64,000 bases of DNA, taken from an uncultured Candidatus Saccharibacteria bacterium (GTDB lineage Bacteria > Patescibacteriota > Minisyncoccia > UBA6257 > Colwellbacteraceae). The translations under genes were made by a program, and so were the position numbers. The DNA lies in the NCBI GenBank assembly GCA_964360065.1, contig CAYHTW010000003.1, positions 44,853-108,852 of the forward strand, written 5' to 3'. The notes beneath the pieces are model-generated. The model did not search any database. It was not told the origin of the DNA and was given only the letters and a program-made list of their open reading frames with translations. Shown here in pieces: positions 31,853 to 41,283 of this stretch. Position 1 is the stretch's first letter. Every line of letters starts with the position of its first letter.

Positions 31853-33541
31853 TTACTCGACAATTATTACGCCTGTATGAGCTGAATTAAGGTGATCGTG
31901 ATACTTCCAAGAACCAACTTGGTTAAAAACGAACTTGAATGTCTCTCCTGAATTAAGCCCTTTGCAGGCATCAAAAGTTGAGCCTATACAGCCGCCCTTC
32001 TCCGGATAGACATCGTGTGTTGGGTGTACAGCGGATGCAGGCCAGCTGGAATTGCTTCCTTTATTTGTCCAGACGACTGTGTCTCCCTTTTTTACTTTAA
32101 GCTCAACTGGAGAAAAGCTTTCATCAGTTATCACAACATCCCAAATTCTAGAAATAGTAATAACCGCACCGCTATCCGTTTCTACTTTGATGGAGTCGGT
32201 AGAAATATTTATCTGTGGAGTAGCTTCAAACTTGGATGAAGCGCCTCCGGATGTCGGCGATTGTTTCCTTGTCTCTGAAGTCTCTACTTTTTTGGGCCTT
32301 TTCCCATCATTATCTTTATTATCTCCCTTATTAATGACTTTTGCCGGATTTGAAGTCGGGCTAAGCCTGATGATTAAGTTCTTTTCCAAAGCATAAGCTC
32401 GGCTAGCTGCCTGAAAGGCCGCGATGTAATTACCGGAGACAAAAGCCTTGGTTGCTTCGTCCAGAATACCATTTATATCCGTTAAAGAGCTGTCTGTCTT
32501 AGCTGATAAATCGGTGTTAGCAGAAACCCTTGCCCGTACCTTATTTAAAAGTTCAGTTGCCCGTTCAATCATATTTTCTGCAGTTTCCTGTAAATTCTCT
32601 CCTGAATCTTCATCTGAATTTTCTGTTTCCTTGAAAACTTGCGGAGCCAAAACCCGTAATTTAAACTTCAGCTCAACATTAGTGGTCGTATTTTGAAGAT
32701 CGGATAGAATCCTCAACTTATCGGCATCGGACTGCCGCAAATTTTTAATCAGATTAACAGCATCGCTGGTAGAAATTTCTCCTTCTTTAAATTTTACTTC
32801 CAGCTTCTTTATTTGTTCATTCCTGATTTCCGTGATTTTCATAATGACATCTGGACTCACGGCGTTTTCTCCTATTTTATTGAGGATGTTTAGGGCCTTT
32901 ATTTCTTTGTTGTCGCCGTCTGTCTGGGCTTGGATGATATTCTGAACTCTCTCTTTCAATTTTTCAGGAGTATCAAGTTTTTCTACCACGGTCTTCAGAG
33001 ACTCGCTGATACTTTCTTTGGCTATATCAAACTGCTTGGCAAGGTTCGGATTCTTTTCTTTGAGTTGCTCCATAAGGTCTTCGTGCTTTAAGGCCCTTTG
33101 CGTAAGCTTGTCAAGAAGAACATCAACCCGCGGGTTGTTGGAAGTCTGCTGTAAATTGTTCAATCTATCTTTGAGGTTAGAGGCGCTTTGATTGTAGTTA
33201 TCAATGGCTCTCTCTAGAGCTTCATCGTTGCCTGGATTTAACTCTTGAACTTTCTTAAGTTCAGCTGCCTTTTGGTTAGTGATATTCTCTTCATACTGGG
33301 CCTTGGAAACCCGGTTAAATGTCATAACCATTCTTATCCCCCTGCCCCATTCTTTAACGAAGTAAAAAGGGTTAGTTGGGAGCAGTCCGGGATTCTCCAC
33401 ACCAAGGTCGGCTGTAGTTGCGTCTTGTGTCTGAACTCCGGTGTCAGTACTGGTGTTGGTGGTACCTTGGGCTAAAGCGACACCAAGCGCTACGAAACTA
33501 AACGACGAAAAGAAGGCTAATGTAATTAGTATTTTTTTCAT
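31853..33541 (-). CDS. Secreted DUF5667-like helical protein with C-terminal cupredoxin-like domain
   Basis: Signal peptide; PGLLPTNPFYFVKEW; C-terminal FSPVELKVKKGDTVVWTN...YHDHL. Confidence 0.75.
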   Translation of the reverse strand: MKKILITLAFFSSFSFVALGVALAQGTTNTSTDTGVQTQDATTADLGVENPGLLPTNPFYFVKEWGRGIRMVMTFNRVSKAQYEENITNQKAAELKKVQELNPGNDEALERAIDNYNQSASNLKDRLNNLQQTSNNPRVDVLLDKLTQRALKHEDLMEQLKEKNPNLAKQFDIAKESISESLKTVVEKLDTPEKLKERVQNIIQAQTDGDNKEIKALNILNKIGENAVSPDVIMKITEIRNEQIKKLEVKFKEGEISTSDAVNLIKNLRQSDADKLRILSDLQNTTTNVELKFKLRVLAPQVFKETENSDEDSGENLQETAENMIERATELLNKVRARVSANTDLSAKTDSSLTDINGILDEATKAFVSGNYIAAFQAASRAYALEKNLIIRLSPTSNPAKVINKGDNKDNDGKRPKKVETSETRKQSPTSGGASSKFEATPQINISTDSIKVETDSGAVITISRIWDVVITDESFSPVELKVKKGDTVVWTNKGSNSSWPASAVHPTHDVYPEKGGCIGSTFDACKGLNSGETFKFVFNQVGSWKYHDHLNSAHTGVIIVE

Positions 33542-33672
33542 ATTTTTTTATATTAATCTTCCTTTAATTATACAATATTGCCTCCTATAAACATATTCGT
33601 ATTTATTTCTTGAGCCCCTTGGAGTTTCAACGATAACGTTAATGGTCATATCTGTTATATTTTTCACCGTAT

Positions 33673-33713
33673 TCCGCAGTAGCTCTCCGCCGGCTGGCGG
33701 AGGTAGAACGGCT
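33673..33713 (+). pseudogene. Degenerate tRNA-Asn 5' fragment interrupted by palindrome TCCGCCGGCTGGCGGA (33686-33701)
   Basis: TCCGCAGTAGCTC-[insert]-GGTAGAACGG versus intact TCCTCGGTAGCTC-AGC-GGTAGAGCGG at 33975. Confidence 0.75.
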
Positions 33714-33732
33714 AATTACATAAATATAAACG

Positions 33733-33984
33733 ATGTATACAGTGTACGCAATTTATAACGTAGACCACAAAAAAGTATATATAGGGCAGACTGACGATTT
33801 AGAAAATAGATTGAAACTTCATAAAAATAAAGCCTTTGAGGGCAGTTATACTTCCCGCTTTGACGGAGAGTGGACATTAATATATTCTGAGAACGTTCCC
33901 GATAGGACAATTGCTTTGAAACGAGAAGAGCAGTTAAAAAGCTATCGGGGAAGAGAATTTATCAAACAGCAGATTCCTCGGTAG
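33733..33984 (+). CDS. Small GIY-YIG nuclease family protein
   Basis: YTVYAI...VYIGQTDDLENRLKLH...YT...ALKREEQLKS; its stop codon lies inside the tRNA. Confidence 0.9.
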   Translation: MYTVYAIYNVDHKKVYIGQTDDLENRLKLHKNKAFEGSYTSRFDGEWTLIYSENVPDRTIALKREEQLKSYRGREFIKQQIPR

Positions 33985-34046
33985 CTCAGCGGTAGAGCGG
34001 CGCCCTGTTAAGGCGACGGTCGTAGGTTCGATCCCTACCCGAGGAG
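33975..34046 (+). tRNA. tRNA-Asn(GTT), CCA not encoded
   Basis: TCCTCGG/CCGAGGA acceptor stem, anticodon arm CGCC-CTGTTAA-GGCG, GGTTCGATCC T-arm. Confidence 0.95.
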
Positions 34047-34145
34047 CAAAAATAAAAATAACCTGTTAAATATGGTATTCTTATATATAAGATAAACTAT
34101 TAACTAAAGGTCGGTACTATAAATAGGTTAGAAGAAAAAATTACT

Positions 34146-34343
34146 ATGAATCAAAAGACTTACTTTGCCGTAACAACGCTTATCTTTGTTATAATCGCCG
34201 TTCTGCACTTGACGCGAATCTTTACAGGATGGGAAGCGTCAATGGGTGGATGGACAGTTCCACGGTGGGTGAGTTGGGTAGCGTTCGTGGGCTCCAGCCT
34301 TCTCGCTTACTCCGGTTTTAATCTCAACAAACGAAGCCAGTAA
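34146..34343 (+). CDS. Small two-TM hypothetical membrane protein
   Basis: 65 aa, two hydrophobic helices, LHLTRIF..W...P.W.SW pattern. Confidence 0.7.
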   Translation: MNQKTYFAVTTLIFVIIAVLHLTRIFTGWEASMGGWTVPRWVSWVAFVGSSLLAYSGFNLNKRSQ

Positions 34344-34371
34344 AGTTTATATAATTTGTCACGGGGTAAAC

Positions 34372-34409
34372 CACCAAATTGGCGGAACACCTGCCTGCTG
34401 GCAGACAAG
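34372..34409. repeat. Degenerate GC-rich palindromes CCACCAAATTGGCGG and CCTGCCTGCTGGCAGACAAG
   Basis: Resemble the palindromes at 33686, 25478 and 42678. Confidence 0.5.
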
Positions 34410-34451
34410 CCAAAATAGAGTTATCCCTAATCAAATAATCTTACGCCGATA

Positions 34452-37157
34452 ATGCAACAAATTACCCTGCCCACCGAAGCTTTAGCACAGGCGAGATGGC
34501 ATACAAAAACAGTCCAAGATGTTCTTCTTGCACTCCGTTCGCGTGAGCGTGGCCTAACAAAAGAAGAGGCGGCGGAACGTTTTCAAAAATATGGACGGAA
34601 TTATCTTCCAGAAGGGAAGGTAGATGGTCTGCCACTTATTTTCTTGCGGCAATTTCAAAGTCCGCTGATTTACATCCTCTTGGCTGCAGCGGGTACTGTT
34701 TTTGCGATGGGATCAGCTATTGACGCTTCAATTATCTTTGCGGTGCTTCTTTTTAATGCGGTTGTTGGGACAATTCAAGAAGGCAAAGCGCAAAACACAC
34801 TTCTTGCCTTAAAAAGGTTCTCCGAAACTAGCGCCACGGTATTACGCGATGGTATAGAACTTATAGTCCCGGATAGCATGGTAATACCTGGGGATATTAT
34901 TATTTTACAGGAAGGAGAAAAAGTTCCAGCTGATGCGCGGATTGTTTTCGCGAATACTTTGAAGATAGATGAGGCAAGTCTCACTGGAGAATCGGAACCG
35001 GTGACTAAAATAAATATAGTATTGCCAGCCGAAAATCTTGGAGTGGCGGATCAGAAAAATATGATATTCAAAGGCACGCATGTTTTGACTGGTATCGGCA
35101 CTGCGGTTGTTGTGGCTACTGGACTCACAACAGAAATCGGGAAAATTGCACAGAAAATATCCTCCATTGATACCGAGATTCCCCTGAAAACAAATATCCG
35201 ATATCTTTCTCGGATTATTGTTATTACGGCGGCCGTCATCAGTGTCTCCTTAATTATTCTCGGCATTCTTTCTGGCAAATCTCTTAAAGAAATGTTCACC
35301 ACTGTGGTGGCGCTTTCGGTCTCTATAATTCCAGAAGGTCTGCCAATTGTAATGACTTTAGTTTTGGCAACTGGCGTTTTCCGAATGTCGAAGCGCAATG
35401 TGCTAGTGAAACGATTGCAAGCGGTGGAAGCATTGGGGCAAACAAAAATTATAGCTGTGGATAAAACTGGGACTCTCACTAGAAACGAGATGGTTATTCA
35501 GCGCGTGTATGTAGACGGTAAGATTTTTGACATCGCAGGTAATGGATACGAGCCAAAAGGCGAAGCAACTTTTGATGGTAAAAATATTAATCCACTAAAC
35601 CACCCCGAGCTTCTTTTTAGCGGAAGAATCGCGGCGTTCTGCACAAGTGCACGGCTTTCTTTTCAGGAGGAAACCGACACATGGAAAATTGCGGGTGATC
35701 CCACTGAAGCGGCGGTGTTGGTATTATCTGAAAAGATTGGATTTCGTCACGACATACTAGAACAGGAAACGCCGAAAATTTTTGAATTACCGTTTGATTA
35801 TCAAAAAAAGTATCACACCACAATTCGAGCGGTTGACGGGAAAAATTTCCTTACTATCATCGGTGCACCGGAGAAAGTGCTAGAGCTTTGTAAAAAATTC
35901 TGGCACAAAGATGGAACCGAAACTCTTAATGAGGAGAAGAAAAAGGAACTTGAAGCAGTATTCCATAAACTTGCGAAAACAGGGTTTAGGGTGCTTGCCT
36001 ACGCTATCAATCCCGATGTTGACCGAAGTGTTAACTCCGACACAATACCACCGCTAACATTCGTAGGTTTTTTTGGTATGAATGACGCGCTCCGTCCCGA
36101 AGTTAAAGAAGCAATGCAAAGAGTGCGAGAGGCGGATATGCGCGTGGTGGTGATCACTGGTGATCACCGTCTCACCGCGCAGGCAATTGCCAAAGAGGCA
36201 GACATCTGGCGTGAAGGCGACGGCGTTCTTACGGGAGAAGAAATCGATAAAATGTCTGATGAGGAGCTGGCGGAGAAACTCGCCCGCACCACTGTCTTTG
36301 CGCGGGTTACACCAGATCACAAGCTTCGCATTATTCAAGCCTATCGCAAACGAGGTGAAGTTGTAGCCATGACCGGAGACGGCGTGAATGACGCCCCATC
36401 ACTTGTTGCAGCCGACCTTGGCGTCGCGATGGGGAAAATCGGGACAGAGGTGGCCAAGGAAGCATCTGACATCGTGCTTTTAGACGACAATTTTGCAAGT
36501 ATAGTTTCAGCCGCTGAAGAAGGGAGGAGCATTTACAAGACTGTTAAGAAGGTCCTTACCTTTCTTTTCTCTACTAGTATGGGAGAGGTGATTAATATCA
36601 TGGGCGCTTTAATTTTGCGTTGGCCAATTCCACTCTTGCCGTCGCAGATTATCTGGCTTAATTTTATCACAGATGGGTTTCTGACTGCGGCTCTTGCTAT
36701 GGAGCCAAAAGAAAAAGGACTTATGCAAGGAAAATTTGAGCGGCCTAAAAAATGGATTGTGGACGGTTTTATGGCGCGACGGATGTTGATGATGGCCCCA
36801 GTAATGGGACTAGGAACACTCTATCTTTTCAGCCAGTATTTCGAAGCAGACCTAGCTAAGGGATGGACCATCGCTCTTACGACCATGGCAGTCTTTCAAT
36901 GGTTCAACGCATGGAATTGCAGATCAGAAAGCAAATCAATTTTTCAAATGAATCCATTTTCTAATATGTTCCTTGTCGGCGCGACAATGGTTGTTATCTT
37001 CTTGCAGTTATTTGCGGTCTATAATCCGTTTATGCAGAAATTCTTGCATACCACTCCGCTTGAGCTCTCGGAATGGGTTATAATCATCTCAATCGCTGCG
37101 TCAATCATCCTGGTTGAGGAAACGCGCAAATTCTTTTACCGAAGAAAATCAGTATAA
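34452..37157 (+). CDS. P-type cation-transporting ATPase (type IIA, Ca2+-like)
   Basis: TGES, IPEGL, DKTGTLT, TGD, GDGVND. Confidence 0.93.
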   Translation: MQQITLPTEALAQARWHTKTVQDVLLALRSRERGLTKEEAAERFQKYGRNYLPEGKVDGLPLIFLRQFQSPLIYILLAAAGTVFAMGSAIDASIIFAVLLFNAVVGTIQEGKAQNTLLALKRFSETSATVLRDGIELIVPDSMVIPGDIIILQEGEKVPADARIVFANTLKIDEASLTGESEPVTKINIVLPAENLGVADQKNMIFKGTHVLTGIGTAVVVATGLTTEIGKIAQKISSIDTEIPLKTNIRYLSRIIVITAAVISVSLIILGILSGKSLKEMFTTVVALSVSIIPEGLPIVMTLVLATGVFRMSKRNVLVKRLQAVEALGQTKIIAVDKTGTLTRNEMVIQRVYVDGKIFDIAGNGYEPKGEATFDGKNINPLNHPELLFSGRIAAFCTSARLSFQEETDTWKIAGDPTEAAVLVLSEKIGFRHDILEQETPKIFELPFDYQKKYHTTIRAVDGKNFLTIIGAPEKVLELCKKFWHKDGTETLNEEKKKELEAVFHKLAKTGFRVLAYAINPDVDRSVNSDTIPPLTFVGFFGMNDALRPEVKEAMQRVREADMRVVVITGDHRLTAQAIAKEADIWREGDGVLTGEEIDKMSDEELAEKLARTTVFARVTPDHKLRIIQAYRKRGEVVAMTGDGVNDAPSLVAADLGVAMGKIGTEVAKEASDIVLLDDNFASIVSAAEEGRSIYKTVKKVLTFLFSTSMGEVINIMGALILRWPIPLLPSQIIWLNFITDGFLTAALAMEPKEKGLMQGKFERPKKWIVDGFMARRMLMMAPVMGLGTLYLFSQYFEADLAKGWTIALTTMAVFQWFNAWNCRSESKSIFQMNPFSNMFLVGATMVVIFLQLFAVYNPFMQKFLHTTPLELSEWVIIISIAASIILVEETRKFFYRRKSV

Positions 37158-37168
37158 ATGCCTGTGAG

Positions 37169-37249
37169 TTCCATTAGAAACTCTGTTATAATAGAGTTTA
37201 TGAAGTGTATAATCTTCTTTTATAAATACTATGGAAGTTTCTAACGGGA
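37169..37249. repeat. Inverted-repeat element TTCCATTAGAAACT...AGTTTCTAACGGGA
   Basis: 12/14 arms with an inner AAACTCT..AGAGTTT hairpin containing TGTTATAAT. Confidence 0.6.
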
Positions 37250-38286
37250 TGAACAACCAAAAGTCAGAACTATATTTTTTGCTCATTATCTTAGTGGGAA
37301 TTTTTATTCTTGCCTTTTTCGTTTTTAAACCTTTTCTTTACACGCTTATCTTGGCAATAATTTTTGCAACTGTTTTTGAACCAGTTCATAAGCATGCTCT
37401 CGTTATTACGCGAGGGAGAAGCGCCCTGTCGGCTCTTCTCGCCACCATCTCCGTTCTTATCGTTATTATTATGCCTCTCATATTTTTAGGCGTACAGATT
37501 TTCCAGGAAGCAACACAGCTTTATTCTTCTCTCGTCAGCAACGGCGGCGCAACCGATCTTTCTCGCAACGTGAGTGATATCATACAGAGCCTCATGAGAT
37601 TTTCTCCCGTGCCGATAGACTCCCTCAATGTCAACGAGTACTTGAAGCAGGGGTTAAGCTGGTTACTCCAGCATCTTGGTCCGCTCTTTGCGAGTTTTGT
37701 AAAAGTAGTGGTGGGCATCTTTATATTCCTCATCGCCATATATTACTTATTTAAGGATGGCCACAAACTAAAAACGGCTATTATCATTTTAAGCCCGTTA
37801 CAAGATATTCACGATGAAACAATTTTTGACAAACTCGCCTTAGCAATTAACTCAGTCATTAGGGGAAACCTTGCGGTGGCGCTCGTTCAAGGCGTATTAA
37901 CTGCAATCGGGTTCGCTCTCTTCGGAGTCCCCAATGCGACGCTCTGGGGCAGCATTGCGGCAATCGCCGCATTAATTCCCGGCATTGGAACAGCCTTGGT
38001 ACTCCTCCCGGCTATCCTCTATCTATACTTGAGTGGAGAAACTCTTTCCGCGGTTGGTCTTCTTTTTTGGGGGATGACGGCAGTGGGACTCGTTGATAAC
38101 TTTTTGGGGCCGAAGCTTGCTAGCCGAGGTATGCGGCTTCACCAATTTCTTATTCTTCTTTCCATCTTGGGTGGTATAAGTTTTTTTGGTCCACTTGGAT
38201 TCTTATTGGGGCCACTCATCTTGAGTCTGCTCTTCGCTCTTCTTGAAATTTATTTCGCCGTCAGTAAAGAACACGAGGGTAGATAA
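37249..38286 (+). CDS. AI-2E (UPF0118) family transporter
   Basis: Multi-TM; IPGIGTALV, DNFLGPKL, GGISFFGPLGFLLGP. ATG 37249 preferred; the track starts at 37231. Confidence 0.88.
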   Translation: MNNQKSELYFLLIILVGIFILAFFVFKPFLYTLILAIIFATVFEPVHKHALVITRGRSALSALLATISVLIVIIMPLIFLGVQIFQEATQLYSSLVSNGGATDLSRNVSDIIQSLMRFSPVPIDSLNVNEYLKQGLSWLLQHLGPLFASFVKVVVGIFIFLIAIYYLFKDGHKLKTAIIILSPLQDIHDETIFDKLALAINSVIRGNLAVALVQGVLTAIGFALFGVPNATLWGSIAAIAALIPGIGTALVLLPAILYLYLSGETLSAVGLLFWGMTAVGLVDNFLGPKLASRGMRLHQFLILLSILGGISFFGPLGFLLGPLILSLLFALLEIYFAVSKEHEGR

Positions 38287-38318
38287 TATTTATAAGGAGG
38301 AGAAAAACTTAAATTCAA

Positions 38319-38876
38319 ATGGAAATAGAAAACGGGAAATATTACGACTTAGGTAAAAAAACTTATGCGATTTTTATTATTAAGCAAACTTCATTTGCCG
38401 TTATTTTTCTTGTTGCCGCGATTGCCCTAGGGATTTTAAATATGACAATTGGTTCCAATTTCGTTGCTGGCCAGTCTATCGGCGAAATTCTTAACTTAGG
38501 CATGCTTGGCGCTGTTTTTGTTGGTGTGACTTTAGGCTTCGGGGGTTTCGGCATCGCAAAACTTAAATATAAGTTAGCTAAAGTAATGCTAGACGAATCT
38601 TCTTTAAGGATAATAAGTGGTCTTTTGAATAAGAAAGAAATTGCTATTCCATTCCGTCGCGTTCAAACTGTGGAAATTCACCAATCTCCCATACAAAGAC
38701 TTATTGGTGTAGGCAATGTTGTGATAGCTACCACTACCGACTTGGATACTCCAAGTGAAGTAGAATCAACAGCTGACGAAGAAATAATTCCCCTGATGGA
38801 CTACGACCTGGCCCGCGCTGTAGCTGACCAATTAACCAAACGTGCAGAAGTAGAAACGATGAGAATGCAAAGATAA
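38319..38876 (+). CDS. Membrane-flanked bacterial PH-domain (bPH_2) protein
   Basis: Two TMs, then IPFRRVQTVEIHQSPIQRLIGVGNVVIAT. Confidence 0.8.
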   Translation: MEIENGKYYDLGKKTYAIFIIKQTSFAVIFLVAAIALGILNMTIGSNFVAGQSIGEILNLGMLGAVFVGVTLGFGGFGIAKLKYKLAKVMLDESSLRIISGLLNKKEIAIPFRRVQTVEIHQSPIQRLIGVGNVVIATTTDLDTPSEVESTADEEIIPLMDYDLARAVADQLTKRAEVETMRMQR

Positions 38877-38916
38877 CTGACTAAAGCCAGTGTCATTTGG
38901 GTAATTTAAATTTCAT

Positions 38917-39600
38917 CTACTTAAAGAAAGTTTCTACTTCTTTATAGGTTAGTTTTCTTGTGTCCCCCGGCTTCAGGTTACCCAACTTTATTTCTCCCAC
39001 CCTCAATCTTTTAAGGCTCGTCACTGTGTAGTTTAGTTCACCAAGCATCACTCTTATTTGGTGCTTCTTGCCTTCGTGCAAAACTATTTTAATTTCGCTG
39101 TTCCCAACTATTTTAGCTTCAGCCGGCAAAAGTCTCCCAAAAGTCTCGGTCATCATACCCTTCTTTATAATCCCCTCCACTCCGCTCCTTAGATGCTCCT
39201 TCACCTTGACCAGGTATTCTTTCTCAAATTCACTATCTGCCCCAAGAATCTTAGAGGTTATCCTGCCATCATTAGTTAGTATAATGAGTCCCTCGGATTG
39301 CTTATCCAACCTACCTATCGGGAATAGGCCGTCCTCTCTCCACTCTTCTATAACACTCTCTTCCTTATTGGACTGAGTGGGAATACCCCTTGGCTTGTAG
39401 TAAGCCAAATAAATATACTCTTTGTCTTTAACTCCTTTAAGGGTGACTTTATCCTGATTACCGATAAGTGCCCCCATCTCGGCTCTCATGCCATTAATAA
39501 AAACACTGCCGGCGCGTATCAGTTCATCGGCTTCCCTTCTAGAGGCTACTCCCTGATCCCGCAAATATTTATTTATTCTAATTCCAGCTTTATCCCTCAT
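38917..39600 (-). CDS. RsuA/RluB/RluF family pseudouridine synthase
   Basis: S4 domain, GRLDKQSEGL, EGKKHQIRVM. Confidence 0.92.
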   Translation of the reverse strand: MRDKAGIRINKYLRDQGVASRREADELIRAGSVFINGMRAEMGALIGNQDKVTLKGVKDKEYIYLAYYKPRGIPTQSNKEESVIEEWREDGLFPIGRLDKQSEGLIILTNDGRITSKILGADSEFEKEYLVKVKEHLRSGVEGIIKKGMMTETFGRLLPAEAKIVGNSEIKIVLHEGKKHQIRVMLGELNYTVTSLKRLRVGEIKLGNLKPGDTRKLTYKEVETFFK

Positions 39601-39618
39601 TACTTTATATTATAGGAC

Positions 39619-40587
39619 TTATCTAAGGTACTTCTGGATGTTGGTTATGTGTCCCTCGTAGGTTGGCGAACAGTGGATTGCTCCATTATTATCGTGAAGA
39701 TAGTAAAGGCAGTTAGTTTTCTGTGGATTTAAGGCTGCCAACATGGCATCCGCGCCAGGATTACCTATAGGGTGCGGCGGCAAACCTGCGTATAAGTAAG
39801 TATTATAAGGTGAATCTATATTCTTATCCTCTGCCATGAGCGGTGCCCACCAGCCATCTCCATTATCACCCCTAGCGTACTGCAAGGTAGCATCTATATC
39901 TAACTTCATATTCTGCAGTAGCCTGTTCCAGACTATTCCCGCGATGAGAGGCATATCGTTTTTACCGGCAGCCTCTCTTTGGATAATAGAGGCGATTTTA
40001 AGCGCCGTAGTCCATTTAATGTTTTGCCTAGTCAAGTCGCTGCTGTGTTTTGTGAGCTCCTCATTAAACCTTGACTTGAGCCTGAGAGCTACGTCAGTGG
40101 GAGCGTCTTTAATGGGGATAAGGTATGTATCCGGGAAATATGTTCCTTCAAAGTAATCGGATTTAGACGAATCGTAATCTATGAATTGCTGTCTTTCCGC
40201 CACGCTCCAATTAAGCTTTTTGCCTACGATATCGGCAATCTCTTCTTTCCTCACTCCCTCAGGTATAACCACCCAGACTTCTTCCGGGGACCTTAAAGAC
40301 GCAGCAACCGTAAAATTATTCCAGCCCTTAATAAAAACGTAAGCCCCAGGCTGCAGCTCGCCATTCAAACCATAGAAAGTACTTATTACCCTGAAAGCCC
40401 AGGCACTTTTTATGACATCCTTGTCACGAAGAATGCCCGCGGCATACGCAACAGTATTTTTATCGGTGGTTCCAAAAGGCACGACAAATCTAACCGTCTC
40501 TCCGGCGCCAAAGAGTGATCCGCTCCATAAAAAAATAAAAATGCCGGCTATAACGGCGAGATTCCCAAAAATAACTGCTCTTTTCAT
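39619..40587 (-). CDS. mltG: Endolytic transglycosylase MltG
   Basis: IPEG, EGTYFPDTY, ASIIQRE, SPYNTY, GLPPHPIGNPG. Confidence 0.92.
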   Translation of the reverse strand: MKRAVIFGNLAVIAGIFIFLWSGSLFGAGETVRFVVPFGTTDKNTVAYAAGILRDKDVIKSAWAFRVISTFYGLNGELQPGAYVFIKGWNNFTVAASLRSPEEVWVVIPEGVRKEEIADIVGKKLNWSVAERQQFIDYDSSKSDYFEGTYFPDTYLIPIKDAPTDVALRLKSRFNEELTKHSSDLTRQNIKWTTALKIASIIQREAAGKNDMPLIAGIVWNRLLQNMKLDIDATLQYARGDNGDGWWAPLMAEDKNIDSPYNTYLYAGLPPHPIGNPGADAMLAALNPQKTNCLYYLHDNNGAIHCSPTYEGHITNIQKYLR

Positions 40588-40733
40588 TCCCTACATATAA
40601 TTACTTATAATACTAAAGATATCAACGTTACTTTTCTGTTGTTTTAATCATACCACGAGAGCTAATGCGAACGAATACAGGGCATGATACAGTTAAAGGC
40701 AGTTAAAGGTCGATTTAAAAACGCCTTTAAACA

Positions 40734-40937
40734 ATGGAACAACTATCCAAAGTCCTTCTCATTGTAGGAGGTTTGAACTGGGGGCTTGTCGGTGTTGGCA
40801 ATCTCATGGGTTCAAGTTGGAATATAGTCAGTATGGTATTAGGTAATTGGCCTATACTTTTGTCGGTAGTCTATGTTCTTGTTGGGGCAGCCGCGGTTTA
40901 CGAACTCTACGGCTTGGCCACTAAGAAAGGAATGTAG
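40734..40937 (+). CDS. DUF378 family small membrane protein
   Basis: LLIVGGLNWGLVG...VYVLVGAAAVY. Confidence 0.85.
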   Translation: MEQLSKVLLIVGGLNWGLVGVGNLMGSSWNIVSMVLGNWPILLSVVYVLVGAAAVYELYGLATKKGM

Positions 40938-40962
40938 TATAATAACGTTATCGTAACGTTCT

Positions 40963-40987
40963 AAAGAGTCCTGTGAGGGGGCTTTTT
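40963..40987 (+). terminator. Terminator after the DUF378 gene
   Basis: AAAGAGTCCT-GTG-AGGGGGCTTTTT hairpin with T-tract. Confidence 0.55.
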
Positions 40988-41025
40988 AGTTTCCATAAAA
41001 AACGAGAATGTTATAATTCATAACT

Positions 41026-41283
41026 ATGATGAACAAATTTTTTAAAAGGCTTCTCTTCGGCTTCTTGGCAGTTATTGTCTTGGCTTTGGCCTGGGGTTTC
41101 TTCGCGGCATTTAAATTCACGTCTGATTTCCAACAGATTGTAAAAACCTCGGTCAAAGACTTTGAAACCTGTGTCGCGTTTTACGGCAAGGTTTTGGAAA
41201 GTTATCCCGAACAATGCGTTACTCCAGACGGTAAGCGTTTCACAAGAGACGTGAGCAATACTACTGACGTGCTTAAATACTAA
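41026..41283 (+). CDS. Small exported protein with a two-cysteine motif
   Basis: N-terminal TM; FETCV...LESYPEQCVTPDGKRF; TGTTATAAT 8 nt before the ATG. Confidence 0.75.
   Translation: MMNKFFKRLLFGFLAVIVLALAWGFFAAFKFTSDFQQIVKTSVKDFETCVAFYGKVLESYPEQCVTPDGKRFTRDVSNTTDVLKY

Noticed and set aside
33673-34046. GIY-YIG region as a tRNA intron or split tRNA
   Set aside because: The downstream tRNA is complete by itself, the upstream fragment pairs poorly with its 3' acceptor strand, and no group I intron core is visible.
40942-40960. AACGTTA-N3-TAACGTT palindrome and other AACGTT sites
   Set aside because: Short, AT-rich and not distinguishable from chance without a genome-wide count.
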